Below, piece after piece: positions 48,627 to 62,269 of a stretch of 64,000 nucleotides of DNA (positions are counted from its first letter, which is position 1; every line of letters begins with the position of its first letter). A program made the translations under genes and the position numbers. This DNA comes from Bulinus truncatus (Eukaryota): NCBI GenBank assembly GCA_021962125.1, contig JAGDYQ010000001.1, forward strand, positions 5,463,061 through 5,527,060, in the 5' to 3' direction. Under the pieces are notes generated by a model. That model was not told the DNA's origin and made no database searches. It saw nothing but the letters and a program-made list of their open reading frames with translations.

Positions 48627-50085
48627 GCCCTTAAGTTGGGAGAAAGAAGAGCTCTCAGAAACCACTGGAAGTTTGGAGCCTTCAAAATATAATGATGCAT
48701 GGATGGAAACAAAGAAAGCTGTTGGAGTTAAACATTCACAATCTTACCAACTCTATTGCTTAGATGATGATGATGATGATATGGAAGAAACATTATTTGA
48801 GGAGATGCCTAAAACTAATCTTACAGATTCTTTTCTGCCACCGTTGCTAAAATCACAGCCTCAGACTTTGCACACAGAAAAACAAACAAAAGGGATATTT
48901 AGAGCTCGAACATTGGGTGCTGCATCACGACCACAACAAACACGTTCTGCAAAAGATGTGCCAGATAAAGAAATGCAGATAGAGTTGACTGGTTCACAGG
49001 GCTTTTCTCAACCTTTATCTTCAACTCGATCTTTGTACAGTGAACATCAGATATCTCTAGCTAGTAACTCACTGCAATCAGCACAGACACGTTCAAAAAG
49101 ACGAAATTCTTCCTCTGTAAGATTTATTAAAGCTCCAACAAGGCTATTTGATTCTGCATCAACAAAAGACCTTTCAGATCGCTCTGCATCTCCTCCATCA
49201 GCACCTTTAATTAAGGGGTCTGGTCCTGCTCCACCACCCATATCCAACACTGACAGTGTGTCATGTGACTCTAGACCAACACCAAAATCAGATACTTATT
49301 ATTCATCAAGTTATTTTACACCTTCAACTCAGCTGTTGGGTTCAGTGCCTCCTCCTGGTTGTCCATCTTGGACACTGTCACTATCTGGGCAGTTTGGTTC
49401 TGCAATTCAGACGCAACCTACAACTATGCTGTCTGGTTTTATACCTCTGCCACCACTTCCATCGAGGCATTTTGATTCTGCAACTCTTCTACTACCTTCA
49501 TCTGTGTCATATGGCTATGTACCTCCACCAATTCCATCAAGGCGTCCTGTCTGTGCATTTGTTCCACCGCCTTCATCTGGGCTGTTAGGCTCTGTACCAC
49601 CACCACCTTCATCTGTGCTGTTTGGCTCTGTACCTCCACCACCACCTCCATCTAGGCTGTTTGGCTCTGTACCTCCACCACCACCACCTTCATCTGGGCT
49701 GTTTGGCTCTGTACCACCACCACCACCTCCATCTAGGCTGTTTGGCTCTGCACCTCCACCACCACCACCTTCATCTGAGCTGTTTGGCTCTGCACCTCAG
49801 CCACTATCTTCATCTATGAACTTTGGTTTTCTATCAACGGAAGATACTGTGAGTTATTGTTGCTCAACATCACAGCTAAGTGAAGACTTTTGTGAATCTG
49901 AAGAGGATAGTAATTTTTACAATGAAATAAACATGAGGGTTATGTCTCGAGATGGTCCTGAAGTTAAATCCACAAGTCAACCTCTGTTTGACTTTGGTAT
50001 TGGTTCTCAAATTACCAATGTCAGATGTAGATCTACAAAACTGAGCTTGAACAACTTGGAAAAATTATTGGACAATCAGAAAATG
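48627..50085 (+). CDS. PARP4: PARP4-like large exon F: Ser/Pro-rich low-complexity region with 39-bp coding repeats (LFGSVPPPPPPS x ~6), followed by an acidic Cys-containing segment.
   Basis: 486-codon ORF; acceptor CCGGGTAG (phase 2 in); donor GTAATT (phase 0 out); corresponds to the human PARP4 Pro/Ser-rich C-terminal region (..PPQNPPSAPYCGIVFSGSSLSS..). Confidence 0.8.
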
Positions 50086-50762
50086 GTAATTATTAATACA
50101 TAATTCATAAAACATAATTATTAATAAATGTACAGTCCAGTTACCTAACCCTATCTTAGCCATCAGATAAAATAACTGAGAGATAAATCAATATAACAAA
50201 AGAAATCTTTATTTAACAAAAAAAACAGCTAATTCTTATAGATTTGATGCTGCTAAAAACCAAAATTTTCTATGATAGTTTAAATTTCTAATCCTTTATG
50301 GTCCTAACAATTAAATCAAAATAAATCATGTCAGTGCATTTACAAAAATTTAGGGAAACTTTGTAAAAAAAAAAGTAAAATAAAAACAATGAAATAAAGT
50401 ATTTTTTCACCTTATATAGGCAAGTGTAGCACTATTCATCCTTATACATTTTACCTTACCCATTGGTGACTAGGTTTCCCAGTTTACTTTTGGGACGCGT
50501 CCCAGTTTAGCATCACACATCTTAGTATCCTGGAATGCTCAGGGATAATCATAGAATATTATGTAAATATCCCAGCCCATTCCATATTCTGAGGAATTGT
50601 GTACATTTTCCTACACCCATTCTGATTCAAAATGATACGTTTTGCCCATTACAAATTTTTTTTAATGTTGAATTTCATAATTCGATTGTGCTTAAAAAAA
50701 TAGTTTTATTTTTAACTCGAAGTTTCAACACTTTAATGATTTAGTACTGTAACCAGTTTTAC

Positions 50763-53700
50763 TTACACCCATAGCCTACACTATTATACAATGGCTGCCC
50801 TCACTTATATTACTTTTACTTACACCCATAGCCTACACTATTATACAATGGCTGCCCTCACTTATATTACTTTTACTTACACCCATAGCCTACACTATTA
50901 TACAATGGCTGCCCTCACTTATATTACTTTTACTCACACCCATAGCCTACACTATTATACAATGGCTGCCCACACTTAAATTACTTTTACTTACACCCAT
51001 AGCCTACACTATTATACAATGGCTGCCCTCACTTATATTACTTTTACTTACACCCATAGCCTACACTATTATACAATGGCTGCCCTCACTTATATTACTT
51101 TTACTTACACCCATAGCCTACACTATTATACAATGGCTGCCCTCACTTATATTACTTTTACTTACACCCATAGCCTACACTATTATACAATGGCTGCCCT
51201 CACTTATATTACTTTTACTTACACCCATAGCCTACACTATTATACAATGGCTGCCCACACTTATATTACTTTTACTTACACCCCTACACTATAATACAAA
51301 GGCTGCCCACACTTATATTACTTTTACTTACACCCATAGCCTACACTATAATACAATGGCTGCCCTCACTTATATTACTTTTACTTACACCCCTACACTA
51401 TAATACAATGGCTGCCCTCACTTATATTACTTTTACTTACACCCCTACACTATAATACAATGGCTGCCCTCACTTATATTACTTTTACTTACACCCATAG
51501 CCTACACTATTATACAGTGGCTGCCCTCACTTATATTACTTTTACTTACACCCATAGCCTACACTATTATACAATGGCTGCCCTCACTTATATTACTTTT
51601 ACTTACACCCATAGCCTACACTATTATACAATGGCTGCCCTCACTTATATTACTTTTACTCACACCCATAGCCTACACTATTATACAATGGCTGCCCACA
51701 CTTAAATTACTTTTACTTACACCCATAGCCTACACTATTATACAATGGCTGCCCACACTTATATTACTTTTACTTACACCCATAGCCTACACTATTATAC
51801 AATGGCTGCCCTCACTTATATTACTTTTACTTACACCCATAGCCTACACTATTATACAATGGCTGCCCTCACTTATATTACTTTTACTTACACCCATAGC
51901 CTACACTATTATACAATGGCTGCCCTCACTTATATTACTTTTACTTACACCCATAGCCTACACTATTATACAATGGCTGCCCACACTTATATTACTTTTA
52001 CTTACACCCCTACACTATGATACAATGGCTGCCCTCACTTATATTACTTTTACTTACACCCATAGCATACACTATAATACAATGGCTGCCCACACTTATG
52101 TTATCTTTACTTACACCCCTACACTATAATACAATGGCTGCCCACACTTGTATTACTTTTACTTACACCCCTACACTATAATACAAAGGCTGCCCACACT
52201 TATATTACTTTTACTTACACCCATAGCCTACACTATAATACAATGGCTGCCCTCACTTATATTACTTTTACTTACACCCCTACACTATAATACAATGGCT
52301 GCCCTCACTTATATTACTTTTACTTACACCCATAGCCTACACTATAATACAATGGCTGCCCTCACTTATATTACTTTTACTTACACCCATAGCCTACACT
52401 ATTATACAATGGCTGCCCTCACTTATATTACTTTTACTTACACCCATAGCCTACACTATTATACAATGGCTGCCCTCACTTATATTACTTTTACTTACAC
52501 CCATAGCCTACACTATTATACAATGGCTGCCCTCACTTATATTACTTTTACTTACACCCATAGCCTACACTATTATACAATGGCTGCCCACACTTATATT
52601 ACTTTTACTTACACCCATAGCCTACACTATTATACAATGGCTGCCCTCACTTATATTACTTTTTACTTACACCCATAGCCTACACTATTATACAATGGCT
52701 GCCCTCACTTATATTACTTTTACTTACACCCATAGCCTACACTATTATACAATGGCTGCCCTCACTTATATTACTTTTACTCACACCCATAGCCTACACT
52801 ATTATACAATGGCTGCCCTCACTTATATTACTTTTACTTACACCCCTACACTATGATACAATGGCTGCCCTCACTTATATTACTTTTACTTACACCCATA
52901 GCATACACTATAATACAATGGCTGCCCACACTTATGTTATCTTTACTTACACCCCTACACTATAATACAATGGCTGCCCACACTTGTATTACTTTTACTT
53001 ACACCCCTACACTATAATACAAAGGCTGCCCACACTTATATTACTTTTACTTACACCCATAGCCTACACTATAATACAATGGCTGCCCTCACTTATATTA
53101 CTTTTACTTACACCCCTACACTATAATACAATGGCTGCCCTCACTTATATTACTTTTACTTACACCCATAGCCTACACTATAATACAATGGCTGCCCTCA
53201 CTTATATTACTTTTACTTACACCCATAGCCTACGCTATAATACAATGGCTGCCCTCACTTATATTACTTTTACTTACACCCATAGCCTACACTATTATAC
53301 AATGGCTGCCCTCCACTTATATTACTTTTACTTACACCCATAGCCTACACTATTATACAATGGCTGCCCACACTTAAATTACTTTTACTTACACCCATAG
53401 CCTACACTATTATACAATGGCTGCCCACACTTATATTACTTTTACTTACACCCCTACACTATGATACAATGGCTGCCCTCACTTATATTACTTTTACTTA
53501 CACCCATAGCATACACTATAATACAATGGCTGCCCACACTTATGTTATCTTTACTTACACCCCTACACTATAATACAATGGCTGCCCACACTTGTATTAC
53601 TTTTACTTACACCCCTACACTATAATACAAAGGCTGCCCACACTTATATTACTTTTACTTACACCCATAGCCTACACTATAATACAATGGCTGCCCTCAC

Positions 53701-54400
53701 TTATATTACTTTTACTTACACCCCTACACTATAATACAATGGCTGCCCTCACTTATATTACTTTTACTTACACCCCTACACTATAATACAATGGCTGCCC
53801 TCACTTATATTATTTTTACTTACACCCATAGCCTACACTATTATACAATGGCTGCCCACACTTAAATTACTTTTACTTACACCCATAGCCTACACTATTA
53901 TACAATGGCTGCCCACACTTATATTACTTTTACTTACACCCCTACACTATGATACAATGGCTGCCCTCACTTATATTACTTTTACTTACACCCATAGCAT
54001 ACACTATAATACAATGGCTGCCCACACTTATGTTATCTTTACTTACACCCCTACACTATAATACAATGGCTGCCCACACTTGTATTACTTTTACTTACAC
54101 CCCTACACTATAATACAAAGGCTGCCCACACTTATATTACTTTTACTTACACCCATAGCCTACACTATAATACAATGGCTGCCCTCACTTATATTACTTT
54201 TACTTACACCCCTACACTATAATACAATGGCTGCCCTCACTTATATTACTTTTACTTACACCCCTACACTATAATACAATGGCTGCCCTCACTTATATTA
54301 CTTTTACTTACACCCATAGCCTACACTATAATACAATGGCTGCCCAAACTTGTATTACTTTTACTTACACCCATACACTATAATACAATGGCTGCCCAAT
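50763..54400. repeat. Satellite array of about 3.6 kb, 57-bp unit (ACCCATAGCCTACACTATTATACAATGGCTGCCCTCACTTATATTACTTTTACTTAC) and 51-bp variant, about 64 copies, with higher-order periodicity. Located in the intron between exons F and G.
   Basis: Direct reading; a specific variant-block signature recurs at 52148, 52984, 53592 and 54080. Confidence 0.95.
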
Positions 54401-55299
54401 ACAGTTTTTAGAGCCATGTGTGGCTCTCTCTTAAGTTTTGTGCAGCCTCTAATGAGCCAGTTTTTTTTCTATAATCGTTTCATTTCTTTAATTCACTCAT
54501 CTTACTGGTGCTGCTTTTTTTTAGTATTTTTGTTAAACAAAAAATTGGAATGAGTCTATCATTGACATTATGCAAGGGTACACCTGTTATAGCTTATAAT
54601 TTAATACTAAAGAATGAAATCATCCTCTGTTAGGAAAGGGCTTTCAGTCAAAATTTAATTTATCCCTCTCCTGTTTAGATCCACAGAAGGTGGGAGAGGT
54701 ATCATACCCCTACCTCCATCCCAGGTTGACCTTAGAAAAATCTGGTCACAGTTAAACATTGTAAAAAGTTTTTGTTGAAGTACACCAGCTGATGAATCAT
54801 TTACTATTTAAATCAAAAATTATTCTAGTCTTATTTCTTTTTTTTTGTCATGTTTAGTTCAGTAAACAAAATAAACAAAAGAACACTGAATATACAAATG
54901 TTTTGAATATTCCTAGCCTAGTTTTCTAGATTGATCATTTTCAGATTGATCATTGAATATTCCTAGTCTAGTATTTTAAAGGACATAATAATCTTTGAGC
55001 TTCAGAAGTTTAAACAAGAAAATAAACTAATTCAAAAGAAATTAAAAAAAAAATGAATCCAGCCACAGGTAAATATGTATTTAAGAAAAGTTGACTGTAA
55101 AATGTAAAGTTGGCAGCCTCTTAAATTGCCTCATTCTATAGACTGTAAAATGTAAAGTTGGCGGCCTCTTAAATTGCATCATTCTATAGACTGTTACTGA
55201 CCTGCTTAAAAAAACATGTACATAATGTACTTGCTTGAATACTTTCTATCTTTTTTTTTTAACCATACAGTCTTTATTTGAAATTTTCTGCTTATTTAG

Positions 55300-55399
55300 G
55301 ATGGCAGCTGGGAATTCGGAAAAGATCTTGATGAACTGATTGGGATAAACAGTGAAAAGTGTCTGAACATTCTTGAAAATAGTGGACTTAAGTCACTTG
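55300..55399 (+). CDS. PARP4: PARP4-like exon G (DGSWEFGKDLDELIGINSEKCLNILENSGLKSL).
   Basis: Acceptor TTATTTAG; donor GTAAGG; matches human EDGFWKLTPELGLILNLNTNGLHSFLKQKGIQSL. Confidence 0.85.
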
Positions 55400-56416
55400 G
55401 TAAGGATTTTTAAATATACAAATACATGTTTCTTTTACACAATGTTTGCACAATCCCTTTAAATGCAGTGTCTACGGAAAAGGATGAAGTCTACTCCACC
55501 AACCCGCAATGACCCTCATGTTCCTTAGGGAGTCTGTTTGCACAGACATATTCAGTAATAAATCCCAACTCATATTTAGTCCCTTCCCTGGACACTGTTT
55601 GGAATTAAAATCATTAGAATTTCCTCTTCATGGGGCCTATTTGCTTATTTTGTAAGGCTTTTTAGTATGATTATGACCTCCCCCCCAGTATAATCATTAC
55701 CTGGCAGACTTCTGCAAACACTCCCTGTTCACAAAGGTGCTATGTACATGTTGCCCATGAATCCATTAATGTTTGCCTGCTGCTACTTGATGATAAAATT
55801 AAAGACATACCTTTAGTCAGAGGTTAAAGCTCACAAAGACTTTGACTTTGATAATTTTAATAATTTAACAAAAAGATAATGTTATAAAGTTGAAATTGCT
55901 AATAAACCTTATTTCAATTAATATATTATGTGAATTAAATTTTTTTATTATATAACAAAAAAAGATGGGTTACCCTGCCCCACAATTGTTTCAAAACACA
56001 CTATAGGGATCATAAGCTCTTTATGTATTTTATCACAATATAATCACAATATATATACTAAACCATAATTAGGGGAATGATAATTTGTCTTCCTTTTTAA
56101 TCCAATAGTTTATGCCCAACATTTTCTTAAACTTCCTTTCAATATTAAATCCACGTGGTGCTCTGTCTAAGTGGAATTCCCTGTGACATATTAAATAATT
56201 AAGAAAACTTTATTTGATCTTATACAAAATTAAGTAATTATTATAAAGATTAATTCTGCAAAGTTGGCCTTGTTTCTACAGTTATCTGAATCTGTGTATT
56301 TTAGTTTTATTTTAAAATAACAGAAATAGTAGTATTTTATTACTGAAGGAAAAAAAAAGTTTTATTAGGGTGCCGCTTAAAATTCAACTTTTTTTGTTAT
56401 CCGATTCTTTCAACAG

Positions 56417-56715
56417 GGCAAACAACTGAAAATACCATTAAAAGTTATCTGGCCACTCTGCTTGTGGTGTTTTCAATTTTTGAGTTGGTCTGGGAAGAAG
56501 TAGATTTCCAGTTTCCTTTATCAGTGAGCTCCCAGAAATTTGAAAATACTCTGCAGGGCTTGAGAAATCTTGGTCTGAATGAAGACGAGTTGGCAAGGAC
56601 GATCAGCGCATTGAGCTTGGCTTTGAACAAATGCCAGACTGTAGATAAAATGTATCCTGTGACTTGTAGCACTCTGGAGCTAGGGACCAGCTGGAATCAT
56701 GTTGTGATCTCCTGA
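56417..56715 (+). CDS. PARP4: PARP4-like terminal exon H, MVP-interacting C-terminus (..YLATLLVVFSIFELVW...YPVTCSTLELGTSWNHVVIS*).
   Basis: Acceptor TTTCAACAG; matches human LLDLIATMLVLQFIRTRLE...YPSICPRLELGNDWDSATKQL; stop TGA at 56713-56715. Confidence 0.9.
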
Positions 56716-56726
56716 TGAGTTTTTTA

Positions 56727-57100
56727 GAATTTATTAGGATATTGCTCTCTTAGATGAGTCAATTGAATTAGTCATGTATTGCTCTCTTAGATGAGTCGAT
56801 TGAATTATCGATAAAATGCTCTCTTAGATGAGTTGATTGAATTAGTCATGTATTGCTTCTTTTTAATGAGTTGATTGAATTAGTCAGTGTATTGCTCTCT
56901 TAGATGAGTCGATTGAATTAGTCATGTATTGCTCTCTTAGACGAGTCGATTGAATTAGTCATGTATTGGGTTCTCTTAGATGAATTGATTAAATTAGTCA
57001 TGTATTGCTTCCTTAAATGAGTTGATTGAATTAGTCATGTACTGCTCTCTTTGATGAGTTGATTAAATTAGTCATGTATTGTTTTCTTAAAGTTGGTCAA
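56727..57100. repeat. Tandem repeat, about 37-bp unit x ~10, immediately after the PARP4-like stop codon (3'UTR).
   Basis: Direct reading (TCTTAGATGAGTCGATTGAATTAGTCATGTATTGCTC). Confidence 0.9.
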
Positions 57101-57462
57101 ATTTGTCATGTCTATTATGTCACAACAAAATTAGTTGAATGCTTATAACATAAAGCAGATATTCAATATGTTCCATTTATTTTTTTATAATGGTTATCCC
57201 TTTTCTCTGTTATATTTTTTCATTCATTTCCTTTTTTAAAATTTATATTTTGATTTTATTTTTTAGTAACATTTCTTCATAAATTGGTATGATATTGTGT
57301 TGATTGTGAGTATGATATTGTGTTGATTGTGAGTATGATATTGTGTTGATTGTGAATTCACAAAAAATTATTTGAGAAACACTGTACATGTAATTATTTC
57401 ATAATTTTAAGTGTATGTTATCTTTATTTTTTTTGTTTCTGAAATATCATTGAAATAAATAC

Positions 57463-57468
57463 AAAAAA
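57463..57468 (+). promoter_or_regulatory. Candidate polyadenylation signal AATAAA for the PARP4-like 3'UTR.
   Basis: First canonical AATAAA downstream of the stop, about 750 nt away, followed by a genomic A-run. Confidence 0.25.
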
Positions 57469-59109
57469 AAAAAAATCCTCACTTGTCATCATTATTAAAT
57501 CTGTTATAAAGTTTTACAACTGTTATTGTACTAGTTATTACTTTAGAGTGCATTTTGATTTTGCTATGAATCTTATGGATTGAAAAATGACATTTGTTAC
57601 TTTAGAACTCATTTCGTTATGTAGAAGCTTTAAACTTATTATGCATTTAATGTCGTCTATTGTGTTGAAGCTTTTTAGACTGAAACTACGCAACTGAATT
57701 CATCAAAAAGATAATAATCCCCCTGAAACAGTTGACCTTATTAATCAATCAGTACATTTGGCAGTTGTGTCTAATGATTAGTGTTATTGGTTACGACAAG
57801 TGACGTTGTATTTTAAGAAAATATCCCTTGTAATGATAACATATTTTTGATGATTCACCAGTCAATGACTGAGGAGGACATTTTAAAAAAGATGTAACTT
57901 TATGACAAATGGTGTCATTTGTTAAGCTGACAAATTTTAATGTCAGATGACAACACAGAGTAAACTAAATTGTAATGTCAGATGACAACACAGAGTAAAC
58001 TAATGTAAACCGGGGGAAAAAATATTTTTTTTTGCCTTTTTAAACAAATTTTGTCAATCCATAATAAAATCATGTTCTCCTTATGGTAGTCTTTATTGCT
58101 GCCTCTTTTTTTGTATGTGATTACATTTACTGGTGTATAATTTTATCTTGTGTTTTAAATATATCATTATACAAATATATATATATATATTGGCCATACA
58201 TTTATTTTTGCATCATATTTCTTCTAATAAAGGTATCTGCAATAGGGTTATAACTGGTCATATTTTCTCTAAAAACGTGTCAGTGATATGATTATCTAAA
58301 ATTGGGCCAGTTCAATTAAAAATGTATTTTTAATTATACATTTTGCTGCAAATAAGAAGCCCTTTTTTTTAATAAAACCTTTTCGCTAAAATGGTAATAT
58401 ATGTATATGGAAAGAACATATAAATGTATTGATAAAGTGAGTTAATTATATTATTCTTTCATCATCTCAATTTTTATAGCCTGACCTACAGGAGTTAAAT
58501 GATTTATCCCTAGAGGACTAAGTTTGTGTGCCAGTAGTGTACAGCAAATATAGTCTAATTACTTCCGTCATCCATGTTTGAGCAATGAGTGGTTGTAAAA
58601 GAAGCAATGCAACATAAAAACATCAGTCAGTTTGGTTAATGTTTTTTTTTTCCCCCAAGGTTTAAAGGTGGTGACATCGAGTAAATATTGTTTTAATTAT
58701 AAATTATTGTCTAACTTCACCATTCCTATGCTAATAACCTGTCTGTAATAGATAAACTCAGCTATTTAATGAAAGAGGGTGAAATTTTAATGAGATATTT
58801 GACACAGGTTTTGTTCAATGCATTGGATAGTTAACTCTCAGTAATTTATGTTTGGGGAGGGGAATAATTATTTAATTAACAACTGTTTCAAGGATATGGT
58901 TTTTAAAAAATTATGACTCCTTATAACCTTATCGCTGATACAGCTTTTATTAATATTTGTTGTGATAATTGTTTTACAAGGATCGAGTTAATTAGATGAT
59001 ATATGTATAAAGGAAAATGTAGAAAGTGTTTTCAAAACTATTTAAGTAACAACTATTTAATTTTTGTTTTTGTATTTATACTCTTCATAGTAAATAAACA
59101 AAAATATTT

Positions 59110-59760
59110 ATACAGTTGTCTACTGTTGTGTTATGAATGTTGAAAATATTTTTTCAGCTGTCTACTGTTGTGTTATGAATGTTGAAACATTTATTCAGCT
59201 GTCTGCTGTTGTGTTGTGAATGTTGAAAACATTTTTTCCCCAGTTCAAGAACATTTTATCAGTACTAGAACTTCTTAGTACTGGAAGAACATTTCCCCGC
59301 ATATAAAAAAATATCCTCAGTGCAGTAACATTTCCTCAGTACCACACTACAGCATTTATTCAGTAAGCTACTAGAACATTTTCTGATTACTAGAACATTT
59401 CCTAAGTACTGGAGCACTAGTTTTTATAAAATATTCTGATAATGTATAGTTCCAGTATCATAATATTTTTTCCCATAAATGCAACATTTCAACAGTATTA
59501 GAATATTTACTCAGTTCTGGGACATTTCTCATTACTGAAACAACATAACATCAGTACGGTGACAACATTCTCTATATACTGTAACATTAATATTTTTCTC
59601 AGTACGGTGACAACATTCTCTATATACGTAAACATTTTCTCAGTAGGATGACAACATTTATTTAGTACTAGAACATTAACTCGGTACCATAATATAACCA
59701 TAACATTTCCGCAGTACTATAACATTTCTTCAGTACCAGAACACTTCCATAACTGAATAA
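59110..59760. repeat. 42-bp x3 tandem (59110-59235) followed by degenerate tandem repeats of about 20-25 bp (CAGTACTAGAACATTTCCT-like).
   Basis: Direct reading. Confidence 0.7.
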
Positions 59761-60029
59761 AATGCTGAGCGATTAGGTGGAGTTCATAATTTGATGACTC
59801 AATTTTTCATCAGCAATGCCTCGACCACCATAAGTAAAATGGACTGCTTAAATCAGTCATGGCGAGGGGTAACTCAAGTGTTCTATCCATAGCCTTAGCT
59901 AGCTTTTGTTGCGCGCTGTACGTGTTACCTTTTTTTTTAAATCCTCCTGCCCAGTTTGAAAATTACAAATACATTTAACGGCGGTCTTTCGGTGTCTCTT
60001 CCTAGCTCGGCGCCCTGTGACGCCGTTCA

Positions 60030-60590
60030 ACCTGTTGTTCCCCTTCCTACGCCACTAGTTCTAACCGTCAAATGGCACTCAGCGACCTGTTGTTCCCTTC
60101 CTACGCCACTAGTTCTAACCGTCAAATGGCACTCAGCGACCTGTTGTTCCCTTCCTACGCCACTGGTTCTAACCGTCAAATGGCACTCAGCGACCTGTTG
60201 TTCCCCTTCCTACGCCACTAGTTCTAACCGTCAAATGGCACTCAGCGACCTGTTGTTTCCCTTCCTACGCCACTAGTTCTAACCGTCAAATGGCACTCAT
60301 AACCTGTTGTTCCCCTTCCTACGCCACAGGTTCTAACCGTCAAATGGCACTCAGCGACCTGTTGTTCCCCTTCCTACGCCACTGGTTCTAACCGTCAAAT
60401 GGCACTCAGCGACCTGTTGTTCCCCTTCCTACGCCACAGGTTCTAACCGTCAAATGGCACTCAGCGACCTGTTGTTCCCCTTCCTACGCCACTAGTTCTA
60501 ACCGTCAAATGGCACTCAGCGACCTGTTGTTCCCTTCCTACGCCACTGGTTCTAACCGTCAAATGGCACTCAGCGACCTGTTCTCCCCAG
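60030..60590. repeat. Satellite, 54/55-bp unit x ~10.
   Basis: Direct reading (CCTGTTGTTCCCCTTCCTACGCCACTAGTTCTAACCGTCAAATGGCACTCAGCGA). Confidence 0.9.
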
Positions 60591-60974
60591 TGTCCCGTAG
60601 CACCTCTACCGGTGTGTCACTCACAAACCCAGGGTAAAAAGACAACTGATGGCCCGTTCCAAGTACAGACATCATATGATTGGGCCCTTTTTGTGTGTTA
60701 TCGCTCATGTTTCTTGTCTGATGTACACATTTACTGGGACTATTTCATCTCGACTTGTGGACAATTGTTAGAGAAATGCTTCCAACCGTTGCTCGAAAAA
60801 CATGTACTACTGCTGTTCGCACCCTTTTTTTTTTTTAGTTCTGAGCGAAATGTCTGTTCTTTCCAAATACATGGCAGGGATTTGTCATGGTGATCCTTAT
60901 ACACATTCCTATGATTCTTAGATGTATTCATTTGATTCTTGGAATTTATCAACGACTCTGATCAAGACGAGGCA

Positions 60975-61275
60975 AAACAAAACATGCCCTGTGGTTGGTC
61001 TGTGTCGGACATTGGCTCTCTAGTAGTATAGGCCCGTCTGTGGTTGGTCTGTGTCGGACATTGGCTGTCTAGTAGTATAGGCTCGTCAGTGGTTGGTCTG
61101 TGTCGGACATTGGCTTTCTAGTAGTATAGGCTCGTCTGTGGTTGGTCTGTGTCGGACATTGGCTCTCTAGTAGTATAGGCTCGTCTGTGTTTGGTCTGTG
61201 TCGGACATTGTCTCTCTAGTAGTATAGGCTCGTCTGTGTTTGGTCTGTGTCGGACATTGTCTTTCTAGAAGTATA
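60975..61275. repeat. Satellite, 49-bp unit x ~6 (GGTTGGTCTGTGTCGGACATTGGCTCTCTAGTAGTATAGGCTCGTCTGT). A partial copy recurs at 62060-62130.
   Basis: Direct reading. Confidence 0.9.
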
Positions 61276-61299
61276 GGCTCGTCTGTGTTTGGGTATCCG

Positions 61300-61440
61300 G
61301 ACAAAACCCCCAGCGGACAAAACCCCCACGGACACAACCCCCAGCGGACAAACCCCCCAGCGGACATAACCCCCAGCGGACATAACCCCCAGCGGACATA
61401 ACGCCCAGCGGACAAAACCCCCAGCGGACAAAACCCCCAC
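61300..61440. repeat. 17-bp tandem (CAGCGGACAAAACCCCC) x ~8. An inverted copy of the same array lies at 61945-62050.
   Basis: Direct reading of both strands. Confidence 0.85.
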
Positions 61441-62269
61441 TGGACCTCTCCCCTTTTTTTGTTATAAAATCTATTTTTTGGCCATCGTTTTTATTAAAAA
61501 ATGTAATATATAATACCTGGATGAAAATATATATATAAATATATATAAATACGTATTTTTAAGGGAATTTGTTAGCCCGTCGAGCCACAGTGATAAAAGG
61601 CAATCTCTTGTTAACTTTACATCAACAGGAATCTTATCTTACAAGGTAAAAAAACAACTAATTTAAAGGTTTTAGCCCAAGGTCAATACTGGCCGTATCT
61701 TTATTCTACCTTTTAATTCTCGCGCCAGGCACACATTATATAGCAGACGGTAAAACAAACAACGTAAGAACCACAGTGGTCGAAAGCCAATTCTTTATTA
61801 AGGTTAACAGCATAGAAACATGCCTAATGATATACTGTGTTGACAGACATGATATCTGTTATGTCGAAAAACATTTCCCTTAGTCCATGGTCAACTTCGT
61901 ATATATAGAAGTATTAATAATATCGACTTATATTCAATCTTAATATTTTGGGGGTTTTGCCCACTGGGTGTTTTGTCCGCTGGGTGTTTTGTCCGCTGGG
62001 GTTATGTCCGCTGGGGTTTTTGTCCGCTGGGGGTTTTGTCCGTGGGGGTTTTGTCCTACACTCCTGTGTTTGGTCTGTGTCGGACATTGGCTTTCTAGTA
62101 GTATATGCTTGTCTGTGGTTAGTCTGTGTTAGACATAGGCTCTCTCTCTCTTCCCCCCCCTCTCTCTCTTTCTCGTAGCATGCAGCAGGTGAGTCAGCAA
62201 TACACCACATGATCGACCCAGCGTGGGCAAGATGAACCATGATACTAGGTCTAGTCTATACAACATGGA

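Noticed and set aside
49047-49819. Antisense and alternative-frame ORFs (HHHLHLGCLALYL.., MEVVVEVQSQTAQMK..) over PARP4 exon F
   Set aside because: Overlap a well-supported sense coding exon; their periodicity derives from the Pro-rich coding repeat.
50791-54553. Series of MAALTYITFTYTHSLHYYT repeat ORFs
   Set aside because: Translation of the 57-bp satellite (19 aa per unit). Artefactual.
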